The translations under genes were made by a program, and so were the position numbers. Of a stretch of 64,000 nt of DNA, positions 1 through 12,580 are shown in pieces; position 1 is the stretch's first letter, and every line of letters starts with the position of its first letter. This DNA comes from Azolla caroliniana (taxonomy: Eukaryota; Plantae; Polypodiophyta), in NCBI GenBank assembly GCA_043228905.1, contig JBHGNT010000017.1:15314001-15378000 (forward strand), given 5' to 3'. The notes beneath the pieces are model-generated. The model ran no database searches. It was not told the origin of the DNA and worked only from the letters and a program-made list of their open reading frames with translations.

Positions 1-3000
1 CAAGGTTCGACAGACCGATCGAACATACGAGGAAGAGATTCCTCACGACCGCCGAACAATCAGCGAAGACGGAGCCAGTCACGGGATAACCGAATCTGCA
101 ACTATTGCAAGAAACCCGGACACATCAAAGCCGACTGCCGCGCACTCAAGAACAAGAACAACAAGAAGAGTGGCCGGCATGAGGAGATCAATTACGTCAG
201 CTTCTCAGCTGATGTGCTACCAGACGACCCGAATATACTATCAATCGAAAATCCAGTCGGATCAGAAGCTCTATTCACGACTGAAGAATCGAGCACATGG
301 CTCTTAGATTCAGGCGCGTCATTTCACGTGACCCCTCATCGATCCCAATTTCGGCAATATACGATCCGTCACTCCGACTCAGTTCGAGTCGGCAACTCGC
401 AACACTGTGAGATCATCGGAATCGGCATAGTAGAGCTCAACCTTGCAGGTGGCTCTACACTTGTACTCCACAATGTCCGACATGTACCCGAGCTCTCAAG
501 GCCATTGATCTCAGTCGGACAACTAGATGAAGACGGCATTCGTGCCGGTTTTTCTTCGGGAGGGTGGACACTCCACAGGGGGAACCTCCTGCTTGCTAGA
601 GGACCCAAGATACACTCCCTGTATCCGTTACATGTTACGCTCAGAGAGGGTAACCTGTTTTTGGTGGATATTCCTGTGTCATCACTATGGCACAGAAGAT
701 TAGGACACCTCAGCAAGGCCGGCATCACGCACCTATCTAGAGCCGGATACATCCCCAAACTCTCCTTCTCCGACCATCAATTCTGCGAGCATTGCCAGTA
801 TGGCAAACAAGTAGCCGCATCACACCCGACATCAGCACCAAGAGAAACGAGACCTCTCGATTTAGTCCACTCGGACGTCTGCGGCCCAATGCCGCATCAG
901 TCACTTTTATTGACGATTCGACTCGAAAGGTGTGGGCTTATCCAATTCGCACCAAAGATCGGGTCTTCTCGATCTTCTCAGATTGGCTCGCTATGGTAGA
1001 AAATCAAACCGGCCGAAAACTGAAATGCTTTCGGACCGACAATGGGGGAGAGTTCAAATCCGAAGAATTCGTCAAATTCTGCCGACAACGCGGCATCCGA
1101 CGTGAATTTACGGCACCACACAGTCCGGAGCAAAACGGGATTGCCGAACGCATGAATCGGACAATCCAAGAACGGATAGTTTCCATGCTCCAACACTCCG
1201 GACTGTCGGATGGCTTCTGGGCAGAGGCTCTACTCACGGCAGTACACATAATCAATATGTCGCCAAGTAGACCTCTAGGACTTCAAATTCCTCAGGAACT
1301 ATGGATCGGCAGTAAGCCGAATTACGACAAGCTGAGGATCTTCGGATGCGAGGCGTACGCCCTCATTCCGAAAGATGATCGCCGAAAACTTGCACCTCGG
1401 TCCAGGAAATGCATTTTCCTTGGATATGGATCCGACAGCGAAATGGGATACCGACTCTGGGACCCCGAACGCAGACAAATCGTTCGAAGTTCGGACGTTG
1501 TGTTCAACGAGTCGGCTATGAACCCATCAGTCGAAAAACCGATCGAAGTCCGAAGGGTAACATTTTCCGATGTGCCGACCCTTCAAGAAGGCCCCGCTCT
1601 CAACACACGGTCAGCTTCACGGGTAGCTGAACCTTACACCACCGACTCGGACAACTCCGACTCGGCACAGCAGAACAATCCGCTTTCGGACCATCCGACC
1701 TCGATACCCGATGCGACCAGTCCAATCATACCTCGACGATCCGAGAGACTGTCGCAACCTCCGGAGAGGTACTCTCCTGGAATTTTCTTCACCGACGCCG
1801 GCGAACCGACGTCTTACGAAGAAGCATCGACATCTGTCGATTCCGCCACCTGGCATCTGGCGATGGAGTCAGAAATGCACTCCATTCGGGCAAACAAGAC
1901 TTGGGATCTGGTCGAATTACCTAGGAACCGACGTGCTCTTCCTTGCAAGTGGGTTTATCGACTAAAAGAGACGTCTGATTCGACCACCCCAAAGTACAAG
2001 GCCAGATTAGTTGCGAAGGGCTTCCGACAAGAATATGGCGTCGACTTCGACGAGATTTTTTCACCAGTGGTGAAAATGACAACCCTTCGTTTTCTACTCG
2101 GCGTAGTGGCAGCCGACGACCTGGAGCTGATCCAGCTAGATGTCAAAACAGCATTCCTCCATGGTGACCTTGAAGAGGAAATTTATATGGAGCAGCCCAA
2201 AGGCTTCGTTGCTACTGGCCAAGAACATCTAGTCTGCCGACTCAGGAAGAGTCTATACGGCCTCAAACAGGCACCACGACAATGGTACAAGAAGTTCGAC
2301 GACTTCATCCAATCGATCGGCTTCTCAAAAAGCGATGAGGACCATTGTCTCTTCACCAACACAGCTCAAGATGGATCACCCATCTTCCTCATCATTTACG
2401 TGGACGACATGCTAATTTCTGGACGCCACGCGGGCGAACTTGCCGATCTCATTCGGCAACTACGGTTGAAGTTTGCCATGAAGGACCTCGGTCCGGCACG
2501 ACACATACTCGGCATGAAGATTAGTCGGCATCGCGATAAACGACATCTTTTTCTGTCTCAGACCGACTATATCCGACGTGTCTTAGAACGCTTCAACATG
2601 CAATCAGCCAAATCTGCTTCAACCCCGCTCCCTATGAATCTTCGGCTCTCTCAGCGAGACTGCCCGACATCCGGTCCGGAGGGGGAAGATATGAAGTCGG
2701 TACCGTATGCACCGGCAGTCGGCTCCCTTATGTACCAGATGGTCGCGACACGGCCTGATATTTCTCACGCCGTAGGAGTCGTTAGCAGATTTATGCACAA
2801 TCCCGGCCGATCGCATTGGAACGCAGTCAAGCATGTGTTCAGATATCTGGTTGGCACAAAAGACCACGGCATTCTTTTCGGTCCGAACCGAACCTCAGGC
2901 GTAGTCGGTTACACCGACTCGGACTTCGCCGGCTGTATAGACAGTCGGAAATCAACAACCGGATACTGCTTCAAATTCGGCAATGGAGCAATTTCGTGGA

Positions 3001-3380
3001 AGTCGAAACTTCAGGAGTGCACAACGACCTCAACGACCGAAGCAGAATATGTAGCTGCGTCCGACGCAGCAAAAGAAGCCTTATGGCTCGGTCGGCTGGC
3101 GCACACGTTTCGGCAAGTCAATCATGACTCGGCCCCAGTTGTCTATAGCGACAGTCAAGGTGCTGTTGCCCTGTCGAAAAATCCGGTTCACCACAACGCC
3201 TCCAAGCATATCGACGTTCGATATCACTTCGTTCGGGACTGCGTCATTTCAGGGAAAATCGGTCTAGAGAAAATATCCACAACCGACAATGTCGCAGATG
3301 GAATGACCAAGTGTCTTTCGGCAGACCGTTTTCGGTCTCTTCGGCATCAGATGGGCGTAACGACAAACCAGTCCGGTTAG
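1..3380 (+). pseudogene. pol: copia gag-pol polyprotein with one frameshift (~905)
   Basis: Protease WLLDSGASFH, integrase [41 protein letters not shown], RNase H YTDSDFAG..TEAEY..KHIDVRYHF. About 25 bp deleted at GTCAC compared with the related copy at ~35930. Confidence 0.93.
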
Positions 3381-3573
3381 AGCCGGACACAGAGCAGGAT
3401 GGTTCCCGACAACCGACATCAGTTCCTTAATGATCGGCTTCAACTGTTCCGACCCGACCAGTTCGGTCTTCTGCCTTCGGACCCTGCCGACTCGAACAAA
3501 GCTGATATGTCCGAGAACCTAAGTCTATACCTGTAATCTTAGATAACCCATGTATACGCCCATTACGGGGGAG

Positions 3574-3805
3574 TGTCGAATACATGTGTATAATGGACGT
3601 ATTCACACTATCCCGTTTTGGCCATTTATGTAATTAGCATAAAGGGTAGTTGCCCTAAGTCGGTCACTATATATAGTGACCTTGTAACCTTTTTGTAAGG
3701 TTGGGTGTTGTATTATTGCTTTGTGGAATAAAGAGTCTTTTGTGTCTCTCTCTCTCTCTCTCTCTGTGAAACGATCTACAAACAGTCATACGCAGGTACT
3801 CAACA
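3574..3805 (+). repeat. 3' LTR of copia (232 bp)
   Basis: Starts TGTCG right after the PPT, ends CAACA; TATA-like box and (TC)n inside. Confidence 0.85.
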
Positions 3806-6215
3806 GCAGTCGAATGCTACTAGATCTTCCGCATTCACGGCCTCGTCCCCAACACCGGACACCGTTTCAATGGACGGACACCGAGGAGAAGGCGTACCGG
3901 GCATTAAAAGTACTACTATCATAAGCACCGGTGGTGCAACCTCCAGATTGATCTAAAGAATTCCACGTATTCGTAGACGCGTCCGACATAGCAATTGAGA
4001 GTGCATTAATGTAGCTTACCGAACCGAAGTGGTACCGGCCCGTGTATTATGCCATCCGGAAGCTATCCCAGGCGGAACGTAATTACTCAACAACGGAAAG
4101 GGAAGCCTTGGGAATGATCTACAATGTCACCAAGTTCTGACACTATCTATTGGGGAGGAAATTTTCCTTTCATGTAGACCATTTGGCACTACTTTACTTG
4201 GTCTCAAAAGCATCACTCACGGGTAAGTTGGCCCGGTGGACATTATTATTACAGGAATTTGAGTTCGAGATATTTCACCGACCAGGCATACAACATGCGG
4301 TTGCGGATTATTTGAGCCGGTTAGAATTTGATGAAACCGGTGATGGAGTTCCAGACGAATTTCTAGATGCAGAGTTGTTTAGGGTCACAGTAGAAACGAC
4401 AATAGATGGTACGGTCGCCGAGGAGGACAAGTGGCTCACTAACATGCACCAATTCCTAAGCACCGGATTACCCCTAGAGGAGATGCACAGAGACGAGCGG
4501 AAACGATTAGCAGTACAAAGCCAACACTTCTGCCTACTGCAGGACACACTGTACCATAAAGGCACGGATGGCATATGGCGGCGTGCGGTGCACAACGACG
4601 AAAAAGACCAAATATTGCGCGAAGCACTATGCTAAAGAATGCGATTTATGTCAGTGGATGGGCCAACCAACGGAACAGGCAAGAATGCCTCACCAGCCGG
4701 TGCTGCCATTGGAACCATTTCAGAAATGGGGGCTGGACTTCGTCAGCCAATTTAAACCACTAGCAATGAGAACTGGCAACCGATCCGTGATCGTCGCTAC
4801 AGACTACTGCACCAAGTGGGTGGAGGCCAAAGCACCACGTGACAACACCGCGGCATCCACGACAAAGTTTTTATATGAATATATCTGGTGCCGGTATGGA
4901 TGTCCGATTGAGCTAATTAGCGACCAAGGTGGGCATTTCCTAGGACAAGTGGTGGAGAGCTTGACGACATTCTATGTGGTGGTGCACAAGCGAAGCACTC
5001 CGTATTATCCGCAAGCGAACGGATTAGCTGAATCCACAAATAAGACGCTCCAAAACATCCTGCGAAAAATCGTCAATGAGAACCAGACGGATTGGGATAC
5101 AAAGCTGCATAGTGCACTCTGGGCCTACCAGACAGCATATAAGACAAGTATCCGGACAATGCCTTTCCGATTGGCATTCGGATTGGAAGCGGTAATGCCG
5201 ATTGAATTCCAAGTTCCCAGTTTGCGGTTACAGGTTCGGGAACACCTAAATGAGTAGGAGTCGGAAACAATCCGGCTAGCATTACTATTTGAACTAGAGG
5301 AACACTGGATAGCCAGCCTGATGCACATGGAACTGGAGCAACGGAGAAGGAAAGCGTTCGTCGATCGACACCGGAAAGGTAATGAAAAAATGTTCGGGAT
5401 CAGCAAGCCGATACTTGTATTCCAGACCTAGATGGGTAAGATGCCGGGGAAGCTACGGTTTCGGTGGACCGGACCATATTGGATTACATGAGAGTTCAAT
5501 GGTTCCTATTGTTGGGAAACAGGTCCCTCCGGATGGGAAGGGAGAAGAACAGTGCCGACGAACAAACTCGGCCGAGGCCGAAACGGTATGAGGAGTACCC
5601 GGCTACGGAGAGCCGGATGATACAGGCCCGGTGTGAACCGGATGAGGAGTACCCGGCTACGGAGAGCCGGATGGTGCAGAACCGGAGGAAGAGACATATT
5701 CGTAAATATGTTTCTGAGAGCCCATCGAGGCTATATTTGTAAATAGCCGAAAAGTCATATTAGTATAAATATGACTTAGGGCAAACTTTTATGTGGTTGT
5801 CATTTTCTGTTTTGCACGAAATTAGAGTGCATAACTGTACAGAGAGAGAGAGAGAGAGATCGAGGTCGTTGCCTCTGTTGTAACCGCCGCCTGTGGCGAA
5901 GATCGTGAGCACGAGGTCGTTGCCTCCGTGGACTCACTGTCTTGTACATTCATACATAGTGACAGTTTGCAACCTGTGGGCTACCGTGGTTTTTCCCCTA
6001 GTTTGGGGTTTTCCACGTAAACCTCCAGTGTACCATTTCTCTTCTTTGTGTCGTGTTTTTTTTATTTCCCGTTTTCTGTGTATGAAAAGAATTTCGGTTG
6101 TGGCCGAGTGTTGGACATAAGGAACGTCCAGTTCCCGTCACCTACCAGCTAGGGACACTCGCCGGAGAAGTTATGGGTAAATGGGTCAATGGGTTTCGAC
6201 TCAAACCATACTATG
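3806..6215 (+). pseudogene. pol: gypsy pol RNase H-integrase with stops and frameshifts, split by solo LTR 5510-6140
   Basis: ORFs 4150-4635 and 4568-5257; the reading GSY|QLGTLAGEVMGKWVNGFRLKPY resumes after the insertion. Confidence 0.9.
5510..6140 (+). repeat. Solo LTR of the copia family seen at 47027-49922
   Basis: TGTTGGGAAAC...CCGTCA; TSD CCTAT/CCTAC; homologous to LTRs at 47027, 49420, 39871 and 63797. Confidence 0.9.
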
Positions 6216-6803
6216 GACCCACGCCAAGAAACCCGTTTGAGTAGACAGAGGCTGACACCGCACCAGACACCTGTAAGCACAACGAGACAATAACCGGTCA
6301 AGCAATCGGTAAGCACGGAACCGGAGAAAGGGACCACAATTCGGAGAAGAGTCTGTTTGGGCCGGATACGGATTAACAAGATCGAAAAAGAAAAAGAAAA
6401 GAAAAAGAAAAGAAAAAGAAAAGAAAAAGAAAAGAAAAAAGAAAAAATCGAATCAGATCCAATCAAACCCAAATCATGCGATGGCGAGGAGCGAACGGCC
6501 ACATGCAATGAAAAGGGAGGAGTGAACGAGCACTTTGAAAAGCCAAGTAGTGGGCTATTTATAGTGCATTAAAATGCCACCACGTGGCACTTCATTGCTA
6601 TTATAGTACACGACGTGCGCATGCTCAGGAATCGAGAAAGGCGCCAACATGCAAAAAGAAAACCTACACCGCATGGAGGCCTTCTCATTTTGCGAACAGA
6701 GAATTGCAAACGCACATAGGCGATTAAAGATAATCAGAGACGCGAGCACCTAGAGCCCCTTAACCCACCTTCCTCACCAACAACCACCGACTCAGAAGGA
6801 GAA

Positions 6804-9637
6804 ATGGACTGCATGACGCTCTCTGAGGTAGCCAAGAAGTGGTTAAAGCAACACGGATTGGAAGGATTCTTGAGGATCATGGAGGCACCACCACACAAAG
6901 AGGCGGAAAGGATTGTCAAAGACATCGACACAGAAGTAATCATAGAGGAGGCCATCTGTGCCCTACCAGGCCTACTCGAAGGCGGCATCTTCACCATCGA
7001 CAACCCTACCCCGGAGCAGCTCACGAAATACTTCGGTGAGTACTCTCTAGCCAGCAAGGCATATCGCACACAGGGCGGCGAGGATGGCTTATTCTGGGAG
7101 ATTGCTCATGTACTCTACGAGTTTGGCCATGTGTACCCTCGACCCTCGGCAATGCCTAGGAACAGAGCCGGTTTAATTATAGCCACATATGAGGGTATAC
7201 AGGTGGATTGGTCGGTGTTGATCGCCGACGGACTGCGCGCGGCCATCGACTCGGTAAGAGGGAAGGATGGCAGGAAAATATGGTCAGCGATGGCGCAATG
7301 GCTCACATTGTTAGCACCACCAGTGGAGCCCATCATGGCGAAGAAGCGGGGAAGATCAACCGAAGGAACCTCCAAAACGGCTTCAAAACGGCAACAGCTA
7401 TTGGCTGCTAAGGCAACCAAAGGGAAGGAGGCCGACACTAAAAAAATGGCGAAAGAGCGGCCTAACGGGGTGGAGACGTAGGAGGCAACACCGGCACAGC
7501 CCATAAAGATTACATTTCGCCGACCAGGTCAACAAGAGCCAGATCCCTTGGCAATGAAAATCAATCTTGGGACTCAGGCGGAGGAAACGGCGGAGGAGCC
7601 CAACGAGCACCTCCAGAAGAAGAGCATTGCCGACCATGCCGGGAAGCAATCGGGTCCAGAGAAGGATAGGGCGCCGATACCCCACACTGAGGGCCCTGAG
7701 CCAAGGGTGGAAGCAGAAGCGGTTCAAGCAGAACCGGTCACATAAGTCCCTGCGCCAACAGCTACGCCGACGGGTCAAAACATAACAAGACCCATGATTC
7801 AGGAGCCGGTGATTCAGTTGCCTACACCATTGGCACACCAGGACCAACCAGAGTCGGAACGGCCAACTGAGGCACAACCAAAGCCGGAACTGCCAAGTGG
7901 TAACCAACTGGAGCCAGCGTTGCCAGCTAGACAAGATCGGCCACTGGCAAGGGCAGAAATCGGCCAACCCTTCGCGCCAACACAACAACAAGGCACCGAC
8001 AGCCAATGCCTGCGGTGGATCGACGAGCAAATAGCCGGAGTGGTCCATTATATGGAGGTAGAGGAGAGAGCACAATTGGACCGGTTGCTAGCCACAACCG
8101 GAGAACTAGAGAAGGCCCGGTCAAGGATCCGGAGCTTGGAACAAGAATTGGGTATAGCCAAGGAAGAATTGGCTAAGACGGTCATAACAGGACCCCAGGA
8201 ACAAGAATCGGTGGCTCCGGTAGATGTACAGAATAATGAAACACCGACAATTGTACATAATAATACGACCCCGGTGATAGGAATAAACCCGGATATAATT
8301 ACAATGCAAGCACAAGAGCTTGCCGTTCTCAAAGAAGACATGGCTGCAGAAGAAGCATTACGGGCCAGGGAAAGAGAATTAAAATGGTAGCGGAGGGGGA
8401 ACAACGGAAGACTGCTGACAACCTCCGCCGAACAGAAGAAAGTCTACGGAAGGGACACCAAGTCTATGACCGGCTTAAGGAAGAGAAAGAAAAAGTGCTG
8501 CAAGAGAAGGATAAACTCTGAAGGATGGTGGAAACAGAGATGGAGAAGCTCAAAGAAGAGCTTCGGCAGCAAAAGGATAGGGAAGACCGAGCTCGCCACC
8601 AAATCAATCAGAAGCTGAAGCAGAAAACAGAAGATTTTGATCGCCTGCATCGGGATTATAAACATGTCAAGACGGAATACAAGAATCTCATCACCGACAG
8701 CGACCGGCAACAAGAGAAGATGTTCAAGCTCTAGAATGAAGTGCAATGGGCGGAGACGACACTAGTGGAAGAACGGGTTGAGAAGGAAACCATACGAGCT
8801 GAAGCGGCGCAAGAACGCCTGGAACTCCAGATGCACCATCGGGCGGAAACGGAACGTGCCACCATGGTCTTACAAAGAGTGCAGACAACCTATCAGAATC
8901 AATTGGTGCGCTACAAGGACCAGGAGGTGGTAATTACCAACCTGATCAAACAGTTGAAAGATGAATGGTAGGCCGCAGAAGACAAATCAAAGATGGGGCT
9001 GGAGCAAATCCGGTGCATTCTACATGCATGGAAGAATCGAACGAAGCGCTTGATTGAAGACAACTTAGCATTATGGTGGTCAAAATGGGCGAAGCATGCT
9101 GCCGAGCTACAGTTGCTGAGGGCAGACGCGGAAAACCGGCAAAAAGAAGGCGATGAGTTCTATAAATTGGAAAAAGAAGACTTTGCTGCCGTGAAAGATG
9201 AATTGGCGGAGGACTTTGTAGCATTGGCTGATGAACAGGTAACAGTGGTCCGGCAACTAGTGGCACAACTGGACAATGATCGGCTGGATAACCTAATCCA
9301 GTTTGAAAGTTACGAAAAGGAGAGGCTACGACAAGAGGCGATGAAGAGCACAACAACAATCAATCTCAGTGAGGAAGAGCCATCGTCGGAGCAAAGGACG
9401 AATAGAGACCAGGCTGGGAGAAGTCAACCGGATTTAACTCAGGAAGAGCAACCAAGGGAGGAATGTCCACAACAACTGCCAGCACCGAGAACCGCTGAGC
9501 AGTTATCGGAGGAACAACGCCCAGAAGAACCAACGACTACACAATGGCTATCAGAGGAGCAACGCCCAAAAGAGCCGTCGACCACGCAACAACCGGAGCA
9601 ACGACCACAACCAACAGAGCAGCAACAGGAGCAATAG
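6804..9637 (+). pseudogene. 3' accessory ORF of gypsy element (globular N-domain, P/E/Q linker, long coiled coil), disrupted
   Basis: Consecutive fragments 6804-7481, 7548-7745, 7794-8390, 8525-8971, 8993-9637; C-terminus homologous to 19918-20937 (QLLRADAENRQKEGDEFYK vs QILRADAENRKINGDGFYK). Confidence 0.75.
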
Positions 9638-9771
9638 CAGCAACAATCCGATCAGCCTTCCGAAGAACCCTTCGAGCCCCTCGATCAGAGCATTTTGGAC
9701 ATTTTAGACAAGGATTGAAGGCCGGATAATGGGATTCAACGTACAAGGTACTGTCCCACGGGCGTGCCATG

Positions 9772-10218
9772 TGTTAGCCAGCTGGCAAGGAGTGGAGGAC
9801 AGTCCAGAATGTGAAAGGGCAGGAATAATCGGAAGTTGTTATTAGGATATTAAGTAATTAAGTATATTTTGAGAAGTGAACGGACGAACCAGAATCTGTA
9901 TGCCGATCCGGATCCGGACTGGTTCATGTTAGTGTGCCGGTTGGCACCGTTTTGTATGCAGAGCCAATGATCTATAAAAAGGCCAGGTTACATTGTAAAT
10001 GACGATGGATAATTAATAAAGCTCTATTGTCTAATCTCTGTGTATTGATTGCTGTTCTGTGCTAATTACTTTCTATCTTACACGTGTATTTAGATTCATG
10101 ATATGTTGCTAGGTCTGATTAATCGTCGGTCTAACTCTATCTCACCGTAACACCCTTTGGTGAAGTGTCTTCCGTAGACACCTTGTGTTAGGCTATTGTC
10201 CAACCCTTCGGCATAACA
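9772..10218 (+). repeat. 3' LTR of the Selgy-like element
   Basis: TGTTAG...ATAACA; end resembles LTR 16479-16848; preceded by the same CCCACGGGCGTGCCATG motif. Confidence 0.85.
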
Positions 10219-10256
10219 ATCGATGGTGATTCTTGTGTAGTGGAATAGATATGTGT

Positions 10257-10314
<58 letters not shown>

Positions 10315-12290
10315 TAGAGGGAAGAGAACATAAGATAGATAAGCAAGAGAAATAAAATACTCAAGAAGAAGGTGTATATTTCACAAGTAGAATAGAGATA
10401 CAAAAATGTAGCATTACAAGGAGTCACAACCAACTTAATATGAAGGAGGAGGAGGGTGCTTTATATAGGGTCACCTTCTCTCTTTATTTATTCACTACAA
10501 CGTCCACTCTCTCACTAGAGCCTTGAGGAATGTGAAGTCTTATGGTCACGGGGAATGTGGAACCCATTAGCTATGTGTAGAGAGGGGTATGACTCTTGAC
10601 CTTTGAGTACTCATGGATGCGCAAAGGGTGGTTCACACGTTACACTATGTTGAGCTTGATTCTCAACATGCCCCCTCAAGCTCAACTCGGGTCGGTTCCT
10701 TTCGGTTGATGTCCGCTTCGGTTGGTATCCGGTTCGGACGATCTCCGGTGTCCGCTTCAGCTCGTACCCGGTTCATACGGTATCCGGTTCTCGCTTGTAC
10801 TCCCCCTCAAGCTTGGCCAGTCATGGATCGTCAATACGAGGTCTGACAGGAATTGCTGAAATTTGTCGGCTCCTAGGGCCTTGGTGAAGATGTCGGCTGT
10901 CTGAAGATTCATGTTGATGTTAGAAGATCGACATCTCTGTCCTGAACACGCTCTCAAATGAAGTGATAGTGCACTTTGATATGCTTTGTGCGTGCTTGGA
11001 ACACCGGGTTCTAAGCCAGATATGTACTGCTCATGTTGTCGCAGTAAATGGGAGTCAAATCCTTGATGGGAACGCCTAGATCCTTCAAAATCCTCTTGAG
11101 CCATACGACTTCACATGCAGCTATGGCAGCGCCCCTGTATTCGGCCTCCGTACTCGAAAGTGCGATAGTCTACTCCAAGATATTGCTCTGCTATTGAGCG
11201 AGAAGGCAAATTCAGAGGTCGATCGTTGATAAGCTTTGTAGCCTGCCCAATCCACATTTGTGTACCCTTCAAGTTGTATTGGTGTGGCCGATGCGTAGAG
11301 AACGCCCTAATCCATTGTGCCACTCATGTATCGTAATACTCTCTTAGCACAATCAAAATGGATATCTCGTGGAGTTTGCATGAATTGGCTAAGGAGTCCG
11401 ACTGGATAGCTAAGGTCGGGTCAAGTGATCATGAGAGAGATGAGGCCCCCAATCAGTTGATGATATTGGGTCGGCTCGCACTCGTCTATGCCGGAGTTAG
11501 CATCTAGTTTGAGGTTTCAATTGAGAGGCATAGTCACCGATTTGCACTTAGTCATCCCGAACTTGTATAATAAGTTGAGGATGTAGTGTCGTTGAGAGAT
11601 CATAATGTCGGTCGGAATCCGATTTACTTCGATGCCTAGGAAGTAATGGAGCTCCTTTATGTCTGTCATCTCGAATTTTCCGAAGAGGAGGGACTTGACC
11701 TTGTTGATGTCGACTAGACTTTCACCTCCAATGACCAGATCATCCACATATAGGATGATGACAATTAAGCTTCTAGAGTTGTGTCATACGTAGAGGGAGT
11801 TGTCAGATTTTGGCATTCGAAAGCCGATTTGATGAAGATATTGCGTAATCTTCAAATGCCAAGCACGCGGTGCTTGCTTGAGGCCATAGAGAGGCTTCTT
11901 GAGTTGGCATACGGCTTTTGGATGAATGCACGATTCGAAGCGAGGTGGTTGTATCATGTACAACTCCTCGTCTAATTCGCCTTGAAGAAAGGCGTTCTTG
12001 ACATCCATTTGGTGGAGGTGCCACCCTTTTGCCGTTGCAAGTGCGATCACGGTCCGCACCGTCGTCATCTTTGCCACCGGGGCAAAGGTCTCTTCATAGT
12101 CAACTCTATGTGTTTGTGCGTATCCTTTCGCTACGAGTCGAGCTTTGTAATGGTTTACGGAGCCGTCAACATTATACTTCATCTTGTAGATCCATCTACG
12201 ACCAATTGCCTTCTTGTGCGGTGAGTGGGAAACGAGATTCCATGTCTCGTTCTTGGAGAGTGCTTGCATCTCCTCATTCATCGCTTCAAC
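10219..12290 (-). mobile_element. Degenerate Ty1/copia 3' half (RT, RNase H, PPT, 3' LTR 10668 down to ~10219)
   Basis: [27 protein letters not shown] on minus; PPT GAGGGGGCA next to TGTTGAG at 10668. Confidence 0.88.
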
Positions 12291-12324
12291 TCATCTGGGG
12301 TCTGTCGCGGCTTTCGAAAACGTT

Positions 12325-12580
12325 TCTTGCATCCAATTTAAGGTTTCGATCGAGAGGGGTTGGCACAGATTTACACAGAGTCATCCCGAACTTATATAAC
12401 AAGTTGAGGATGTAGTGTCGTTGGGAGATCATAATGCTGGCCGGAGTCCGAATTACCTCGATTCCTAGGAAGTAATGAAGCTCCTTCATGTCTGTCATCT
12501 TGAATTTGTTGGAGAGGAGGGACTTCACCTTGTTGATGTCGACTAAACTTTCACCTCCAATGACCAGATCATCCACGTAT
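12325..12580 (-). pseudogene. Second, duplicated copia RT fragment (DDLVIGGESLVDINKVKSLL)
   Basis: Near-copy of ~11490-11750. Confidence 0.8.

Larger units (their letters stand above)
1..3805 (+). mobile_element. Ty1/copia LTR retrotransposon (5' end outside window), nearly intact
   Basis: Gag zinc knuckle CNYCKKPGHIKADC (~97-140), then PR-INT-RT-RH order; PPT ACGGGGGAG at ~3565-3573; 3' LTR TG..CA 3574-3805. Confidence 0.95.
3806..10218 (+). mobile_element. Degenerate non-chromovirus Ty3/gypsy element (Selgy/Athila-like) with 3' accessory ORF; 5' part outside window
   Basis: RNase H (HVFVDAS..EREAL..HVDH), integrase (WGLDF..ISDQG..PQANGLAE..VNGFRLKPY), long 3' ORF region, LTR 9772-10218. 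Confidence 0.88.
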
